Below are positions 47,676 to 60,041 of a stretch of 64,000 nucleotides of DNA, piece after piece. Made by a program: the position numbers and the translations under genes. The notes under the pieces were generated by a model that made no database searches, was not told the origin of the DNA, and saw only the letters and a list, made by a program, of their open reading frames with translations. The DNA comes from Zancudomyces culisetae HAW-14-8 (Eukaryota > Fungi > Kickxellomycota), in NCBI GenBank assembly GCA_052426225.1, contig JBNJNM010000010.1, positions 186,001 to 250,000 on the forward strand, in the 5' to 3' direction. Position 1 is the first letter of the stretch; each line of letters opens with the position of its first letter.

Positions 47676-50600
47676 ATGGATTTGAAGCTAAAGATAGAAG
47701 AAAGTGTAGATGATGGACCACTTCATATAATTACTGTTAAAGAAGCAGAACTTAGGCTTAATACAAACATCCAAACAGGGCTGAGCGATGAAGAGGTAGC
47801 CAAAAGAAGCGAGCTCTATGGGAAAAATGTGTTGAAGGGCGAGGGAGGTGTGAATCCTTTTATAATTCTTCTCCGGCAATTTGCAAATATCCTTGTATTC
47901 GTTCTCTTGGCAGCTGGCATATTGAGTTTTGTCGTTAAGGACTGGCCGGAGGGAGCTGTCATATTTCTCACCATGTTTTTAAACGCAGGGATAGGATTTT
48001 TCCAAGAGTACAAAGCCGAAAAAACAGTAGAAGCCCTGAGAAAAATGACCTCACCTGCCTCAAAGGTGTTACGTAATGGTGTTTTTATACAACTTGAAAC
48101 CAGTGAGCTTGTTCCAGGAGACATAGTTGAATTTCAGAGTGGGGATGTTGTTGGTGCTGACTGTAGACTATTTGATGTGTTCAATCTCGAAACTGATGAG
48201 GCACTTCTAACAGGCGAAGCACTGCCGGTGGCAAAAATAGATGATGTGCTGAGCGATCCCGATGAGCCGCTAGGCGACAGAATCAATTTGGCATTTTCCA
48301 GTACTTTAGTTACAAAGGGACGCGGAAAAGGGATAGTGTATGCTACTGGGATGAAATCGGAATTGGGAAAAATAGCAGACAAGCTTTTGGAGACAAAAGG
48401 GACAGGGAAAACAAAGTTGAACAAGTCATTGGATAGAATGGCATTGATTCTTCTTTGTGTTGCAATTATACTCATTATCGTTGTATTTGCAGTAAATAAA
48501 TTCAAGATTACTCCAAATGCACTGCTATATGGTATATCACTGGCCATTGCAGTAATACCAGAGGGATTGATCGCTGTGGTTACATTGGCGATGGCTATTG
48601 GCGTGCGCAACATGAGTAAGCAACAGGCATTGGTTAGAAAGCTGAACGCACTTGAAGTCTTGGGATCCGTGACAGATATTTGCTCTGATAAAACCGGCAC
48701 GCTTACGCAAAGCAAAATGGTTCTTGTTAGGGGCTGGGTTCCCGACGAGGGTATTTATAAAGTAAGTGGACTGGGTTTTGAACCAATTGGTGAAGTTAGA
48801 AACATCTTGGATACGCATGGAGAAGACGAAAAACCAAAGAGAAAATCAGTATTAGTAACACAAGTAAACATGAGTGATCAATTCAAATTGATGGCTACGT
48901 GCTCATCATTGTGCAATATGGCGAAAATATCTCGAAGTGAGGAGAATGGTGAATGGGTTGGTGTTGGTGATCCTACGGAAATAGCACTACAAGTCTTTGC
49001 AACAAAGCTCGGTATGGGGAAAGAGCAGTTAAACAGTAAAGGTGAGGGAAAATACACTGAACTTTGTGAGTTTGCTTTTGACTCGGGCGTAAAGAGGATG
49101 ACAGTTATCACCCAGCTAAATGATGGTAACAAGTTTGCGTTTATGAAAGGTGCAACCGAAAAAGTAGCCGAAGCGTGCACACACATTATGAGGGGTAACG
49201 CAATTGTTCCCATAGAGAGCCAGGAGCTGGTTCAATATGTGAGTCCACAAATCGAAGCCATGGCCAGCGATGGATTAAGGGTTATTTCGCTAGCATATCG
49301 TATAGTAGATGACAATGAGACAACTAAGCCAAACAATGAGTGGGCTAGAGAGTCCTTTGAACTAAACATGGTTTATTTGGGCCTTGTAGGTATTTATGAC
49401 CCACCTAGGCCTGAATCTCGAATAAGTATTCAACAATGCTATAGTGCAGGGATTAATGTGCGAATGCTTACAGGAGATCACCCTTCTACCGCAGCAGCAA
49501 TTGCCAAACAGGTCGGGATAATTCCAGATGATGAAGTTATCCAATACTTTGAAAAGAACAACCTTCCAAAAATCGAGAGCCTCGTTATGACAGCAACTGA
49601 ATTCGACGCACTTACGCCAGAACAGATAGATGCACTACCACAGCTCCCAAATGTTATTGCTAGATGCACACCCGATACCAAAGTAAAGCTCATTGAAGCG
49701 CTGCATCGAAGAAAAGCAGTGGTTGCCATGACTGGTGATGGTGTTAATGACTCACCCTCACTAAAGTTTGCAGATGTGGGAATAGCTATGGGAATAACGG
49801 GCTCTGATGTAGCCAAGCAGGCTGCTGACATTATCCTCACCGATGATAACTTTGCTACCATTGTAAAAGCTGTTGCCGAAGGTCGTAGGATGTTTACGAA
49901 TATCAGGAAGTTTGTTACTGAGCTTATTGGGTCCAACATTTCTGAATTGGTTTGTTTGACTGTAGGAATGGTCTTTATTGATGACTCAGGTTCAACTGTA
50001 TTCCCAATGTCTTCAGTAGCAATATTGGTAAATAATATCCTTACAGGAACACCTCCAGCCATGTCCTTGGGTCTGGAAAAAGCGCCCAAAGATAACATGA
50101 AAACTCCCCCAAGAGATATGAATGATAGTTTGTTTACTTATGAAGTCATATGCGACATCCTCATAAATGGTGCGGTTCTGGGAGGACTTTCAATTACGAC
50201 ATTTTGGCTAACTCTTGATGTGTTTGGTGACGGAACTCTAGGTGTTGACTGTAATTTGGATTACTCCGAAAGTTGTTCTCTCGTATTCAGAGCTCGTGGT
50301 GTCACTTTTGCTGTTTTGACTATGTCTATCCTAATCTTCTCATACTCTTGTCGTGATACAAGACGCCAGACTCTGTCAATAGAAAAGATCAGAACACTAT
50401 TTGAAAATAAAGCCCTAGCTTTCTCCTTCCTATTCGGTGCGGCCATCACGTTTATCGCTTTGTATGTTCCTGGCGTAAATAAAGGCGTCTTCAAACAATC
50501 TGGAATTACTTGGGAGTGGGGGCTTGTCTTTGCATGCTTTGCACTCTTTCTTGCCTTCGACGCCGTTTATAAGTGGGTAAAGTGCAAGAAGTTCAGACCT

Positions 50601-50678
50601 CTACATAAAGTCACGCCCAGACACATTGAGCTCAGGAACTTCGCTAAGGCTATGGGTTCCAACTCCAGCAATAAATAG
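47676..50678 (+). CDS. ENA1: P-type IID Na+/K+-exporting ATPase (ENA family)
   Basis: TDEALLTGEA, IPEGL, DICSDKTGTLTQSKM, GDPTEIALQVFA, MLTGDH, MTGDGVNDSPSL; about 10 TM segments; single coding exon. Confidence 0.93.
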   Translation: MDLKLKIEESVDDGPLHIITVKEAELRLNTNIQTGLSDEEVAKRSELYGKNVLKGEGGVNPFIILLRQFANILVFVLLAAGILSFVVKDWPEGAVIFLTMFLNAGIGFFQEYKAEKTVEALRKMTSPASKVLRNGVFIQLETSELVPGDIVEFQSGDVVGADCRLFDVFNLETDEALLTGEALPVAKIDDVLSDPDEPLGDRINLAFSSTLVTKGRGKGIVYATGMKSELGKIADKLLETKGTGKTKLNKSLDRMALILLCVAIILIIVVFAVNKFKITPNALLYGISLAIAVIPEGLIAVVTLAMAIGVRNMSKQQALVRKLNALEVLGSVTDICSDKTGTLTQSKMVLVRGWVPDEGIYKVSGLGFEPIGEVRNILDTHGEDEKPKRKSVLVTQVNMSDQFKLMATCSSLCNMAKISRSEENGEWVGVGDPTEIALQVFATKLGMGKEQLNSKGEGKYTELCEFAFDSGVKRMTVITQLNDGNKFAFMKGATEKVAEACTHIMRGNAIVPIESQELVQYVSPQIEAMASDGLRVISLAYRIVDDNETTKPNNEWARESFELNMVYLGLVGIYDPPRPESRISIQQCYSAGINVRMLTGDHPSTAAAIAKQVGIIPDDEVIQYFEKNNLPKIESLVMTATEFDALTPEQIDALPQLPNVIARCTPDTKVKLIEALHRRKAVVAMTGDGVNDSPSLKFADVGIAMGITGSDVAKQAADIILTDDNFATIVKAVAEGRRMFTNIRKFVTELIGSNISELVCLTVGMVFIDDSGSTVFPMSSVAILVNNILTGTPPAMSLGLEKAPKDNMKTPPRDMNDSLFTYEVICDILINGAVLGGLSITTFWLTLDVFGDGTLGVDCNLDYSESCSLVFRARGVTFAVLTMSILIFSYSCRDTRRQTLSIEKIRTLFENKALAFSFLFGAAITFIALYVPGVNKGVFKQSGITWEWGLVFACFALFLAFDAVYKWVKCKKFRPLHKVTPRHIELRNFAKAMGSNSSNK

Positions 50679-52133
50679 CACATCTTTCATCATCCATTGC
50701 CGCTTACACCGCTTTTATTGTTGTGATATAGCTTTTGCAATATATATTTTTATCAATTTATGATCTTTATACAGTTTTGTAATGTTCTCGATTTTATGTT
50801 ACCCTGTTTACATATTGATATTTTTCGTTAAGTTAATTTAATTACCAACATACCGACTTTGTTAACTATATGCAAAGAATATAGCTTTTGATATATTTCC
50901 AAATTGAAAAAGTGGAGGGTATCTATTATATAAATGATAAAAGAGAAACTATTGGTATTTTTGTCTGGGAATATTAATTGAATATGTAGAGATTGTGTAG
51001 TGTTATTTTATTTTTGTGGTTTTATCCATGTTTACTTTAACCTCATCGAGTAAAAAGAACATTGACAAGATAACTTGGTATAAAAGAACTACACCGTGAA
51101 TGCATGTTTATAATAACCGCATGCAAGAGTAATTTTTTTGCTATTATGTCAAACAGTAGTAATGGACCCAACTTCCTTGATAGCTACAATGTAGAAATCG
51201 AATTAGGAATATATTATATACAACTTACCATTCACCCCGATCCCTTCCACACCTCCCCCCCTCCTTCTCTCTTCCAGAAAATAACACCCCTCGAGTTGGG
51301 GTAGATTAGAAGTCAATCATTTTCAGGAAACCATCGATACTTTTTTTTTGTACTAAAGTATTGCAAAATGACATTGAAGGGTTGGTATATCAAACCATGA
51401 TTCTTATATCTTTTGTTTTTAGAGCTAATGAGGGAAGAGCGTGGTTATTAAAATCCAAAAAGCACAATAGTATAAGAGACGCACCGAAAAGAGGTTTCTG
51501 GGACAGATACATTATGCTTAACAACGATACTTGTACCAATACACACTTTTTTTCGTATTGGTTATAGGTAGCCAAGTTTGTGAAGACATTCTCTACATCA
51601 TTTCTAACATTTTCTGTTTTTTGCACAAAATCGCGGAGTTATGTGCATTCTTATTACTCATCTCTAACTTCACACACATTAAAAATGAGAAAAAAGATAG
51701 ATACCAACAACGTAGGGTTTTCCAAATGCAAACGTTGTACACGCTCACGTACGCCTCTGGACTACAACACACACAAAAACACAAATGCTACATAAAGTTA
51801 TATTTATTACTGAAAACCTTACAATGTACTTACTGTACCAAACAGTAGCCTTCGTTTTAAAACAAGTTCCATAGAATACAGAAAGTTCGTAGCAATAATT
51901 CGTTTCAAAAGTTCAAATTAAGAAACAATAGATGCTAGCACATACACATTCATAGAATGCTCCTATCAGATACACACTTTGAATTCAGTTACACTACCTT
52001 GGAATACATACAGAATACACATATATGCTGCTCTGTGTATTTATAACGGATGTGAAATAATCTTTAATAAAAAAAGACTGAACAAGATACACTACATTTA
52101 ATTATTCGTAAAAAAAAAATACTACTGGGTTGG

Positions 52134-53126
52134 CTATTCATGCTCAACCTCCACAATCTGTGTACCATCCACTATAGAAAACTCTTTAAACTTTCCATAC
52201 GGGAAGGAGACGCGTTCAGGAGCTGGGCTACCGTCATATGTGATTAAAAAGCGCATTAGTTGCTCATCTTTGTTTGGTCTCAAATACACCTTTACTCCAT
52301 CCGCACTGTCATCATACTGCCGTCCTCCTACTTCTGTTTGCCTGATACCATTCGAATTTGTCGAACTATTAGCAGATGCGCTCAGCTCTGTATTATCAAA
52401 AACTAAATAATTGCTCTTGGCCTTACTTCCATCGGCATAAATATTACGTAGCATACTGGAGCCAATTTCTCTCAATTCCACACCCCTAGAGGCCATTTTA
52501 GCCTTATCTAGTAGTGCTGCCGCTTCTTCATGTATCTTGAGATTTTGTTCTATTATTTTGGAATTTGTCATCAGTATAAATATGTAGCAACATGTACCAG
52601 CTACCACAGTGGCACCTATCAGTCCCATACCAAAAATAAAGTTTTTTTTGACCGTTTCAGGTTCGGAATTTGAGGGACCATATTGATACCCGTAGTTCTT
52701 CCCAAAATCATGATAAAAGTTATTATGGTATGCTGTATACTCTCTTGAATATTTGTATATATTGTTTCTGTACTCCACAGGATTGTCAGAGTATTTAAAG
52801 CTTGTTTTGGAGGTGAGGGCATCATATGCCCATTTGATTTGTTTAAATTTTTCAGTTGCCTGCTTTCCATGGGATTGCGAACTAGCTGCAGTTTTGGAAT
52901 TACCGCCCTGATCGCCACCACTACATTTCATATTTCTGTTCATTTCACCAAGGACTTTATCGGGATGGTGTATTTTACATAGTTGGTAGTATTTTTGTTT
53001 GATTTCCGCCATGGTGGAGCCGGTGGTGACGCCCAGGATCTCATATGGATTGAGGATTTGACTTTGCTGGGCCCTTGCCATCGAAAATGCCCTTCTCTGG
53101 GCCGCTAACCTTCCTTTTAAAAACAT
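52134..53126 (-). CDS. Mitochondrial J-domain (DnaJ class C, Jid1-like) membrane protein
   Basis: Presequence MFLKGRLAAQRRAFS; NPYEILGV...YYQLCKIHHPDK...EKFKQIKWAYDALT; one TM segment (FIFGMGLIGATVVAGTCCYIFIL). Confidence 0.82.
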   Translation of the reverse strand: MFLKGRLAAQRRAFSMARAQQSQILNPYEILGVTTGSTMAEIKQKYYQLCKIHHPDKVLGEMNRNMKCSGGDQGGNSKTAASSQSHGKQATEKFKQIKWAYDALTSKTSFKYSDNPVEYRNNIYKYSREYTAYHNNFYHDFGKNYGYQYGPSNSEPETVKKNFIFGMGLIGATVVAGTCCYIFILMTNSKIIEQNLKIHEEAAALLDKAKMASRGVELREIGSSMLRNIYADGSKAKSNYLVFDNTELSASANSSTNSNGIRQTEVGGRQYDDSADGVKVYLRPNKDEQLMRFLITYDGSPAPERVSFPYGKFKEFSIVDGTQIVEVEHE

Positions 53127-54507
53127 ATCACCGCAAAACCAGCTTTTGAGATTTTATCTCGATTGTCTGTGTATTAAATTCTAATTTAGCCCAAAGATGC
53201 AGTGCAACAATATAATTTCCGGGTTGAACGAATCTGACACTCGGACATATGTATAACTAGATTTTCCTGTTATGGCTTTTCAATAAGAGTTTGAGTACTT
53301 ATGATATCCTCATTCCCCATTTTATATTGCCTATTTTTTTTCAGTGGGTCTATGTGTGTTTTTATCTATATGGTTTATTTGCTGGGGGGGGTAAGCATTG
53401 TTAATTGTAAAATTTGCATAATTTAAATTTGGTTTTATCAATAGGGCTTTTTAATTCTAATCGAATTGGATTCCTGGATTGACAGAGTAAAACTATCAAA
53501 TCGTTATCATTCTTCTCCTACCGTCAATATTTTCCGGGTTTCTTTTATCATTCCTTTCAGTTTGCGTTAATAAAAGCAAAAGGCAAAATTAGGGATATGA
53601 ATATGAATATGAAAATGAATAATTCTTCGCTCATTACAGATGCTAATAATACCGCTTCATCATGTTTAAACTCCAAACCATTGATAAATTTGTCTTTGTA
53701 ATGCGAATATAGATTTCATACACACCTGATTTACCCTCCCGTCAAATAATCGCTAGCTCTGCACTCGGTATGGTTGATTGGTATATTCACCACTTTTGCT
53801 TTTTCTTTTGCTTTTTCTTTTGCTTTGCGCTGCTTCGCTGTATGCCTTTTCTGTTGGCTCCATAGTTTTTGCTTTTGCCTTTATGTGCTTAGTTCTCATA
53901 ATTGTTTTTTTTTTCTACAAAGTAGCAATACTGGTAAAAATGATTACAATAGAGGTAAGGCTAGAGGAACGGTTAAATCTGGCAAGCGTCATTAGTTATT
54001 CGAGCCCCAAATACTGCTTAGTGCTGCTAAAAAAAAACGAGCAAACGTATAGAAACGAAGGGCCTGCGTACCACTATTATTTGTACTTGCCTTAAGTGAA
54101 AATCACTTAAATATATTTTTCAAAAGTAGTCGGAAATCAAGATATGATTCTAATATCATCTCCAATTTTTAACTATCAGCAAAGCTTGATGTATATATGT
54201 TGGTGTAATGTTGATGCTCTCTGGGCGAGACTCATAGGCCCGTTCATTCCTCTCTTCTTGTTATTATTCGTTGAGAACAATAACAAAAATCAAATCAAAG
54301 GTTCAGGTAAATAAACCCAGCGAATGTGCTGCAAGCACCTGAGCATTAGATGTTTATGTTTTTTTTTAAATACACAAAACTATAAAATGACCCTCTTAGT
54401 CAGCTATAAGATATTTTTTTCGAGCTTAAAATTTCCGAATCTTCCCTTAAGACACATCTAGAACGAAACGAGTAAGGGCCATAACATTAATACCTATACA
54501 GATAAAA

Positions 54508-54960
54508 ATGAACGGACAAAAATTTCTTGTACAGTTAGTAAATCCAAATGCCAAATATCCAATACGGGGCTCTGTAGGGGCTGCGGGATACGATCTATTC
54601 AGCTCTGAAAATGTAACCATTCCGGTTAGCGGTAGATATGCTGTAGACACAGGTCTCATTATGAAGATTCCCGATAACTGTTATGGTAGAGTGGCTGCCA
54701 GATCTGGATTGGCCGTTAAACATTCTATTGATGTTAGTGCTGGTGTGATAGACAGTGATTATAGGGGAATAGTCAAGATTCTTTTGCTAAACAACGGAAA
54801 AACTCCATTCGAGATTAGAATAGGTGATCGGATAGCTCAATTGATTTTGGAAAACATATCAACTCCGGAAATATCTCCTGCTGAAGATTTAGCAGCAACA
54901 GAGAAGACTGAGAGGGGTGCTGGGGGATTTGGATCTACTGGTGGGTTTGCAGGTCAATAG
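54508..54960 (+). CDS. DUT1: dUTP pyrophosphatase (trimeric dUTPase)
   Basis: All five motifs present: AAGYDL, ARSGLA, GVIDSDYRG, GDRIAQL, RGAGGFGSTG. Confidence 0.96.
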   Translation: MNGQKFLVQLVNPNAKYPIRGSVGAAGYDLFSSENVTIPVSGRYAVDTGLIMKIPDNCYGRVAARSGLAVKHSIDVSAGVIDSDYRGIVKILLLNNGKTPFEIRIGDRIAQLILENISTPEISPAEDLAATEKTERGAGGFGSTGGFAGQ

Positions 54961-55409
54961 TCAATATCCTTTTTGTTTATTATTTTTTCTTTAGCATCGT
55001 TTTGGAGTATATTCTTCTAAAAATACTATACTCATGATTAGAATGGGTATTAGCGAGAGAAAGGTAATCATTCCCTTGGATGAGTGACAGTGGTTTATTA
55101 TTTTGAAACGAATAAAATTACCTTATAAAAATATATTTACTTATCAAGAGAAAAGGGTATATTTCTATTGTGACTATACCCTGCAAATTTTCAGAATAGT
55201 ATCCATAATACACACCTAAGAAACGTGAAAAATGTAAATGTAGATAAAAATAAAAGTGCTTTGTGACACAAAGCCGGTACATGCCCATGTAGATTTTTAC
55301 ATAGCTGTAATTGTAATGTGTATTGATTCTCTTGTCCTTTCATCCTCCTCTTCATCCTTCATTCTTCCACCTTTCTTTTTTATTTTTCTCGTCATTTTAC
55401 ATTTTCTTA

Positions 55410-58183
55410 TCATGCTAGTGTTCTGTTATAGTTTACTGTCTTTATTTCATCCTGTTGTCTATATTTATTGCTACTTTCCGTATCAAGTGTCCGGATATTA
55501 TATATGTCACTAGATGCGTGAATGTCAAGATTAATCAGCTCGGCTCTTAGTTTTGCGGTAAAATTATTCCTGACTCTCCATCGGGAGGACCCGGTCTGCC
55601 AGTTAGTTCTAAGCGTGTACCCCAGCCGGAGGTGAAGCGAAGAGTTAGTACGGATGCCTACATAGTGCAACCCGCACCCAGGTTTAAAATCAAGAGGGTT
55701 TTCTTGTACGTATTTCGATACTCGTGCGTGTAGTTCAGTTATAATTGTGTGAGGTGTGTCAAAATCAACATCGAATTCTATTATTAACGTGATTAGGTTG
55801 GTAGTGTTAGTAAATCGAATATCAATTCTACAAAGTGCTTTTATGAGCAGATACACTATATAAAATGTATGATTGTTACCTATGCCTTCCCAGATTCCAC
55901 CTGATCTTCGTATGTTCACAATATCCCTTCCAGCAAGGAGTGTATTGGGGTAAATTACATACCTTCCATCTGTTTTTCTGAAAATAGTTGTTAGTAGTCT
56001 AATCTTTACAACAATCATGTTTTCGTCACCAATAATGATGTAGTCGCCTAGGTTTGAGGAATAAATATGTATCATAATTAAGTAATTGTTTTATATATAA
56101 AACTGCTAATTATACGTACTGGCATATATATATATGTGTGTGTGTGTTTGCGTGTGTGTAGTATTAAGACTAGTCTATCTAGTGATACTTACCGACGTCA
56201 TAAGGATGATGCATAAAGATAAAGATAAAGTTCTCAAACGCAACCTTTACTGAGTTTCCAAACATAAAACTCCAAGCTATATTCCAATATTTGTACCATT
56301 AGCATTTTTTTTACATTCAGTATTTCATTTAGCTATTACTCCGATTTAATATATGGTTTAAATCTTGCAAACTTACCGAAAATAAGCGTTATCGAAGCAG
56401 TTATGTAGCTTATGGGGTTAAGTGAAAGCATTATCAGATAAAATATAACTATGACAAAGATGGCTATAATAGTTAAAAACTTGTTTAACTTTGCCATTAT
56501 TTGTGTCATATCACTCATTCCCTTAACTACCGTTTTTTTTTCCCTCTGGTTATTGACAAATATGTCTTGAAGCTCTACTTTTGATATATTTCCATTTCTC
56601 TGTGGATCTAGTGTGTGAAAGGCATCCACAGCCTTTTCACTGTCCTGATAAAAAAAAATGAAGTCCTCTACTACAAGATAGTTCCTTGACTTATCAGATA
56701 ATATGTTATAGAACACTTTGTTTGCCTGCTTTCTCAATCTTTTTTGTTCCATACTTTCTGCAATATTTCCAATAGAGCCTGTAAAACCACTAGCAATCGA
56801 TTCCTTATCAATACTCAATGTTGATTTAGAATCTGAAAGTACTGTGTAGTAGTCTCCCTGATCCTTTTGTCCTGCAAGTAATTCAGAAATTATTTGTGTA
56901 GTTTTCCTTTGTGTTGACACTCTCTCTTTGTATTCGGTTCGATGAAACGTCGATGCTATTATTAGGTTTTAGTAGTGTATGATTTCTTTTTATTAGTCGT
57001 AGTTTCAAGATATGATAATTATATACATCAATCAGATTGTGTTTTATAGATACTCAATGATTGATGAATTTGGTGAGCCAGGAAAATGTGTACTTACAGA
57101 ATTCAAAAAGAATCATGTCCTCTATTTTTTAATATTTTTAATATTTTGAATTATTTGTTATTTATACATATATAGATATATATGTTTTATTTTTTTGATG
57201 AAAATTGCAGCTATGAAAAATATAAGATATGTTGATCAATATAAATCTAGAATAGGTGAAATATCTTACTCAGCAAAAAAATCAAGCAGGAAATAGTCAA
57301 GATTAGTAGGTATGTAAATATGTATTCCGACCAAGTCAATGATTTTGATATTTTTACTTGCTTGAGGTTCACAAACGTTGCATCAAAGAAAAATATAAGC
57401 CAGGTTATACACCCTATTGCCCAAAATAATGTTGCACTAAGACTACTTCTGACAGCCACATACATCTATATACCCAAGCAAAGTTTTAAAGCATTTTTTT
57501 TCTTTTTTTTTGGTTAATGAAATCAAACCTATATCTATAACTACTCATAAGTAAATTGACTTGGTATACCACTTACATCAACAAGATACTCTAATTTTTC
57601 TGAAAATTTCGAATCATGGCTGCTTATATACTTGACTGCAATAGATTCAGCAATGGAAAATATCAGATTAAGTATACAAGAAATAATCCATAGACCTGAA
57701 ATCATAAATGATAGGCACGCAAGGGACTGAAGAAAAGAATATTTGTTGTATAGTGGGTGTTGAGAGTTCAGTTTTGCCCTTAACGGTACTTGGGGTACCA
57801 ATACAACCACCAGTATTCCTGGAATTGCCAGAATACCAGCTCCAACAAGTGTCACAAGTAAATCTTTAATAAAACGCGATGCGATTGATTTTTTTTTTAT
57901 TCCATAAATCTCATTTTCATCAAAGTCCTGATCTTCGTTGTCATACGACCCACTTGATTTGAAATAGTTTTCCTTAGCGCTCGCACCGCTCTTCTCATCT
58001 TTTATTTCAGGTTTTGACTCTATATATAGTTTTTCTATTAGTATCTCGTCGTGATAGACAAATAAATATTCGTAGCAAAAGTAATTATAATAAAGAAAAC
58101 CAATATCGTTGCCAACGATACCTCTTTAAAGGGGTCGAAAGGCAAATTTATTTTCACTTACGTCTTCTCTCTCCGACGTTCAT
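55410..58183 (-). CDS. MscS-family mechanosensitive channel (Msy1/Msy2-like, EF-hand-like loop); join(complement 58162..58183, 57577..58019, 57270..57465, 57098..57121, 56377..56955, 56193..56276, 55880..56047, 55410..55777)
   Basis: FSSTFHRTEYKERV, DPQRNGNISKVE (EF-hand-like), SFMFGNS...FIFIFMHHPYDVGD, LLTTIFRKTDG...YPNTLL...NIRRSG, NWQ; seven phase-consistent GT-TAG introns. The first exon is the least certain. Confidence 0.85.
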
Positions 58184-60041
58184 TTTTTGGATAGTATTCG
58201 TGCAGTTGGCTTTCAAAATCGATAACCCCTGAATAAACAAGAATCAATGTACCAGTATACTTATATTATCTCACAATTCGTGGTGTTTGAACGATATATA
58301 TTCAAATAGCTTATATTTTTTTTTCAAAATAAACCAAGGATGATACACAAAAAAATAAAGATTTCTTTTTTAAAAAAAGGAAAAACAGAGGGTGGTAATC
58401 GAACTTAAGTACAATGTTCTGTTTGCTAGCATAAAAGAGCTGGAATAAACATCCACAGTGTTGGGTTGGCTTGAGCTCACTTCTCCTTTTTATTTTCTTT
58501 TTCAAATAGTTCTCGACTTTGCCTTATAACATTTGGATAGGATATCTTAGAACGCTAATACCCCTCCAAAATACGATTTCTATTTTCTCTAACTTGGTAG
58601 AGGCCATTCCCTTTTCTGCACTAGTTCCAGTCTAGTTTGCCGCTTTTTTATATGGCAAATGATATAATCACGGGTTTGTGGGATATCTAACATTCATACA
58701 TAACTCCAGCTAATCATATACATGAGCCCCAACAGCAAGAATTTTGTTTGGTAGAAAAATATAAACATCGATACTCGATTTGCTGAGACGATTTTTAGGA
58801 TTTTGAGGTTAGTACACAAAGTACATGACATGAACAAATAACAGCAAATGAAAAGCAAGGGCAAGCAATTACCCCGAATATTAAATATGGTGCAGATGCA
58901 AATGTGTGAGTCTGGAGCATTCCTTTTGTAAACACAAATGTTTGCTTAGTGATATTGCAAATGGCCCGGATCCGGCTTCAGATGTATGTTGTCATTTGGA
59001 TTTGCATACAATGCCACATTGTGAATAAATACCGCATACAGACAAGTATACACGCATATACTCGTATGCTAGACAAAAGCTAACCCTACTTGTATTTCGC
59101 GTTGAATTTTGATTCAAGGTTGATACATACATCCCAACTTCCACTCATCTTTGCTATATAAAAAAAGCGAGAAAAAATGCAGAACACATTAAACCTTGTA
59201 TAAATGTTGGTAATATTATGTCTATCTATACTCCGTACTCTTTTTTGAGCAGCTTACTCTTGGTTTTTATATTTATATACTGCTTTTGAGTCAAATTTGT
59301 GGCCAAATTTTTCAAAAGAACTACATAATTTTGAAAGCATGAACTAAACTCCAACAGTAACTCGAACATGAATAGACCATTGAAAAGATATTAGCAGGTC
59401 ATATCAATTACCAAACTATACACGCCTATAAACCTCCACTTATACTCTTATATTTTTGTTCATTATTCCTATTCGTCTTCCCGCCTTTTCTGTTCATTCC
59501 GTAGAATTTTGCAAGCAAATAAAGTCTTTATTCAATTATCTTTACAATAGAAAAATTCGGATATCCATGCCCAAAGGTGAAAAATAACACATTTTTCTGT
59601 TTTTTTTTGTACTACCAAATTCGTGGGTTTGACCAAGAAAAATTAAGGTAAAAATATGGAATTCATAAGCGGTTGGTTCAACAATGCCTTTTATAACCCA
59701 TATTAACATCAATAATTAATATGGGGTTTTGTATTAGTACGTTCTTTTGATGGTGCGGCTAGATGCGCTAAGTAAACGGATAACATAAATCAGCTTACAT
59801 CTTTCTCCTATAATACTTTGATTATACACGCCAATGATATAAAGAAACACAAAGTATACCCACCGTAGTGGTGTTTAGATGGATGTGATAAATACGTCAA
59901 ACTTTTATATAACTGTGTATACTTATTGCGACCACAACATTTTTGTTTGTTGGAAAAGCTTTATCTCATACAATTTTACATAGAGTGTTTATATTTTGAC
60001 ACTTTTTCCGGCTGACTTGTTTAAATAATAAAAAAAAGAAC

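Noticed and set aside
54508-54960. dUTPase as a possible viral or mobile-element marker
   Set aside because: Ordinary eukaryotic-type sequence among housekeeping genes with no viral neighbours.
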